Assembly: GCA_964016885.1 (NCBI GenBank)
Contig: OZ024740.1
Location: 210,614,001-210,678,000 of the forward strand
Direction: 5' to 3'
DNA: 64,000 nucleotides
Origin: Eledone cirrhosa
Lineage: Eukaryota
Both the position numbers and the translations under genes were made by a program. Position 1 is the first letter of the stretch. Each line of letters begins with the position of its first letter. The notes under the pieces are model-generated. The model was not told the DNA's origin and did not search any database. It was given only the letters and a program-made list of their open reading frames with translations. Of the stretch, positions 62,189 through 64,000 are shown piece by piece.

Positions 62189-64000
62189 TATAAGTATTAA
62201 TAAAATAGATGTTCTTTTGATCAATTACATTTTATTATACATATTTCGGATGTACAACAATACGTCCTCATCAGACAAAATATAATGATACATGACATAC
62301 CCTGAGATGTTAAATGTTTAAGATTTAATCAAGAAAATCTTATTTATGAGAAAATGCGAAAACGTAATAAATTCATTAGAGAATGCGTGAGTAATAAAAA
62401 AAAACGTTGCATACTGTAACTGTTCTAAAAATGTTAAAGTGTATGATACTACGATATACCTAGGAAAACGTCTCATGAATCGTAACAGCCAGTGATAGCC
62501 ACTGGGAAAGGATTTATAAAGAGGGAAAAATAAAGTGTGTGTGTGTGGGGGGGGGGGGGTCGAAAGTTAAACGGTTAGATTTGAAAATATTTAATTTATA
62601 ATATTAGGGTGAACACTCCAGATTTCAGGATTATTTGCTGGTTATTTATATATTATTTTTATAAATTCGATAACTGTGTTATCATTTCTAAACTTCTGAA
62701 TTTTGAGAGTAACATTTAAAGGATTTAGCTGGCACATAAAGAATGAAATATTATACTGTTGATTATTTACCTAAATTTAAACTTTAACAAAGATACCAAC
62801 ATATTAGGTATGTAAAGCTTTTGAAGTACTTATTGTTATAAATATTTAAACTATTATGTATATAGGTATATATTAATGAGCCATTATGTTTAAGGTAAAT
62901 AATAACGACGAAGATAAAAATAAAATAAGATAATATATTGAAGGATATTAAGGATAAATATATACATATGTATAACTGGGTGTAAATGCACTAATTCTTC
63001 AACCAAGATATCAACATATTATTAGATATAGGGATGTATATATATAGATATATATTAGGTATTATTAGTGTAGGTAAATGATAACAGTTATAATCTTATC
63101 AACGTGTCACATTTAAATACATATATATATACATATAAAAAAACAACAATGAGTGCATGGATAATACAGAGTTCAAAATAATGTCTATAATAATTTTTAG
63201 TTTGGATATTTTCTCTATATTTGAATCATATATATAGAAATGTGGTAGGTATATTTAAAAATATTAAAAAATATATAAAATATAATATATAACTACATAC
63301 ATATTATAATACATTATATTATAAATAAATAAGAGATCGAAAGTACAGCGAAAAATTCACATTTATATATAAGTTTGAATCCGTCTCAAAAGTTAGATTT
63401 TATAGTGCAGTAAATATATTTAAAAGAAATATATGCTATATTATACTATAAATAATAGATCGAAAACTCATTAAAAATTTAGAGTTATAGATAAGTTTCA
63501 TAAAAATTTATGGATTGGGTATTAAACTAAAATTTAAAAGAGATCACAAATGTATTAAAAATTCAGTTAAATAAATTCCATAAATATGTAAGGATTAGGT
63601 ATTATCTAAATTATAATCATAGATAAAAATAAGGAGATAAAGAAATGATGGTATTGATCAAAGTTAACAAATAATGTTGTGTGTATCAATGTTTAGGCAT
63701 GTTAATTGAAATATTGTCATTCATTCTAGCGTTGTTTCTTCTATAGATAAATATAAAATAAAGCAATATTAAAGGCCATTAATGTTTTTTACTGTTGATT
63801 ATATATTCCTGGTAAGCGAGTTGTTATTGGTTTTGTGTAATTGTTTCTTTCTTTCTCGTTTTATGTGAGGCTAAAAAAGTAGACGTAGCTTTATGGAGGC
63901 AACTAGAGAATAATTCACTTTTTCTGTTAATTAGGGCCTCATAATTATTAATAATCAACAGGGTCTCCATTGTACAGAGCGGGCAGTTATTTGATATACT
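62183..64000 (-). mobile_element. 3' end of a further Penelope-like element (C-terminus of GIY-YIG region plus a long AT-rich 3' region ending in a hammerhead and (TA)n)
   Basis: Minus-strand translation of ~63870-64000 gives NNCPLCTMETLLII...LINRKSELFSSCLHK (one frameshift), the same motif pattern as the C-terminus at ~56900-57000. Confidence 0.65.
62223..62286 (-). ncRNA. Type I hammerhead motif near the 3' end of the third PLE
   Basis: AUUAUAUUUUGU-CUGAUGA-GGACGUA[UUGUUG]UACAUCC-GAAA-UAUGUAUA-AUAAAAUGUAAU, giving a 12-bp stem I and a 7-bp stem II with one mismatch. Confidence 0.72.

Overview
A repeat-dominated eukaryotic (animal) window. The abundant (TA)n/(CA)n/(GATA)n microsatellites, tRNA-derived SINEs with (GAT)n tails and RTE LINE remnants suggest a cephalopod such as Octopus; this is inference. 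No host protein-coding exon could be confidently identified, only a candidate promoter/first exon on the minus strand at ~22.35-22.74 kb. Region 1-22 kb holds microsatellites, a 47/48-bp G-rich minisatellite, a defective mariner, CRE-like and RTE LINE fragments, nested SINEs, and a dispersed ~170-bp fold-back element with a hammerhead-like core. Region 24-48.5 kb is a co-oriented cluster of at least 7 Tx1/L1-clade LINE copies or fragments, nearly all embedded in (TCTA/TCTG)n satellite. One copy has an intact 1145-aa ORF2, one is full length, and one is interrupted by a Buster-type hAT transposon. Region 49-64 kb holds a non-autonomous Helitron, three Penelope-like element (PLE) fragments and the most striking feature: two related non-coding tandem arrays (310-bp and 320-bp units). 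Each unit carries a type I hammerhead ribozyme (retrozyme-like), and each array is inverted head-to-head and anchored in (TA)n at both ends. The 320-bp family has a compensated U3-A8 catalytic-core variant.
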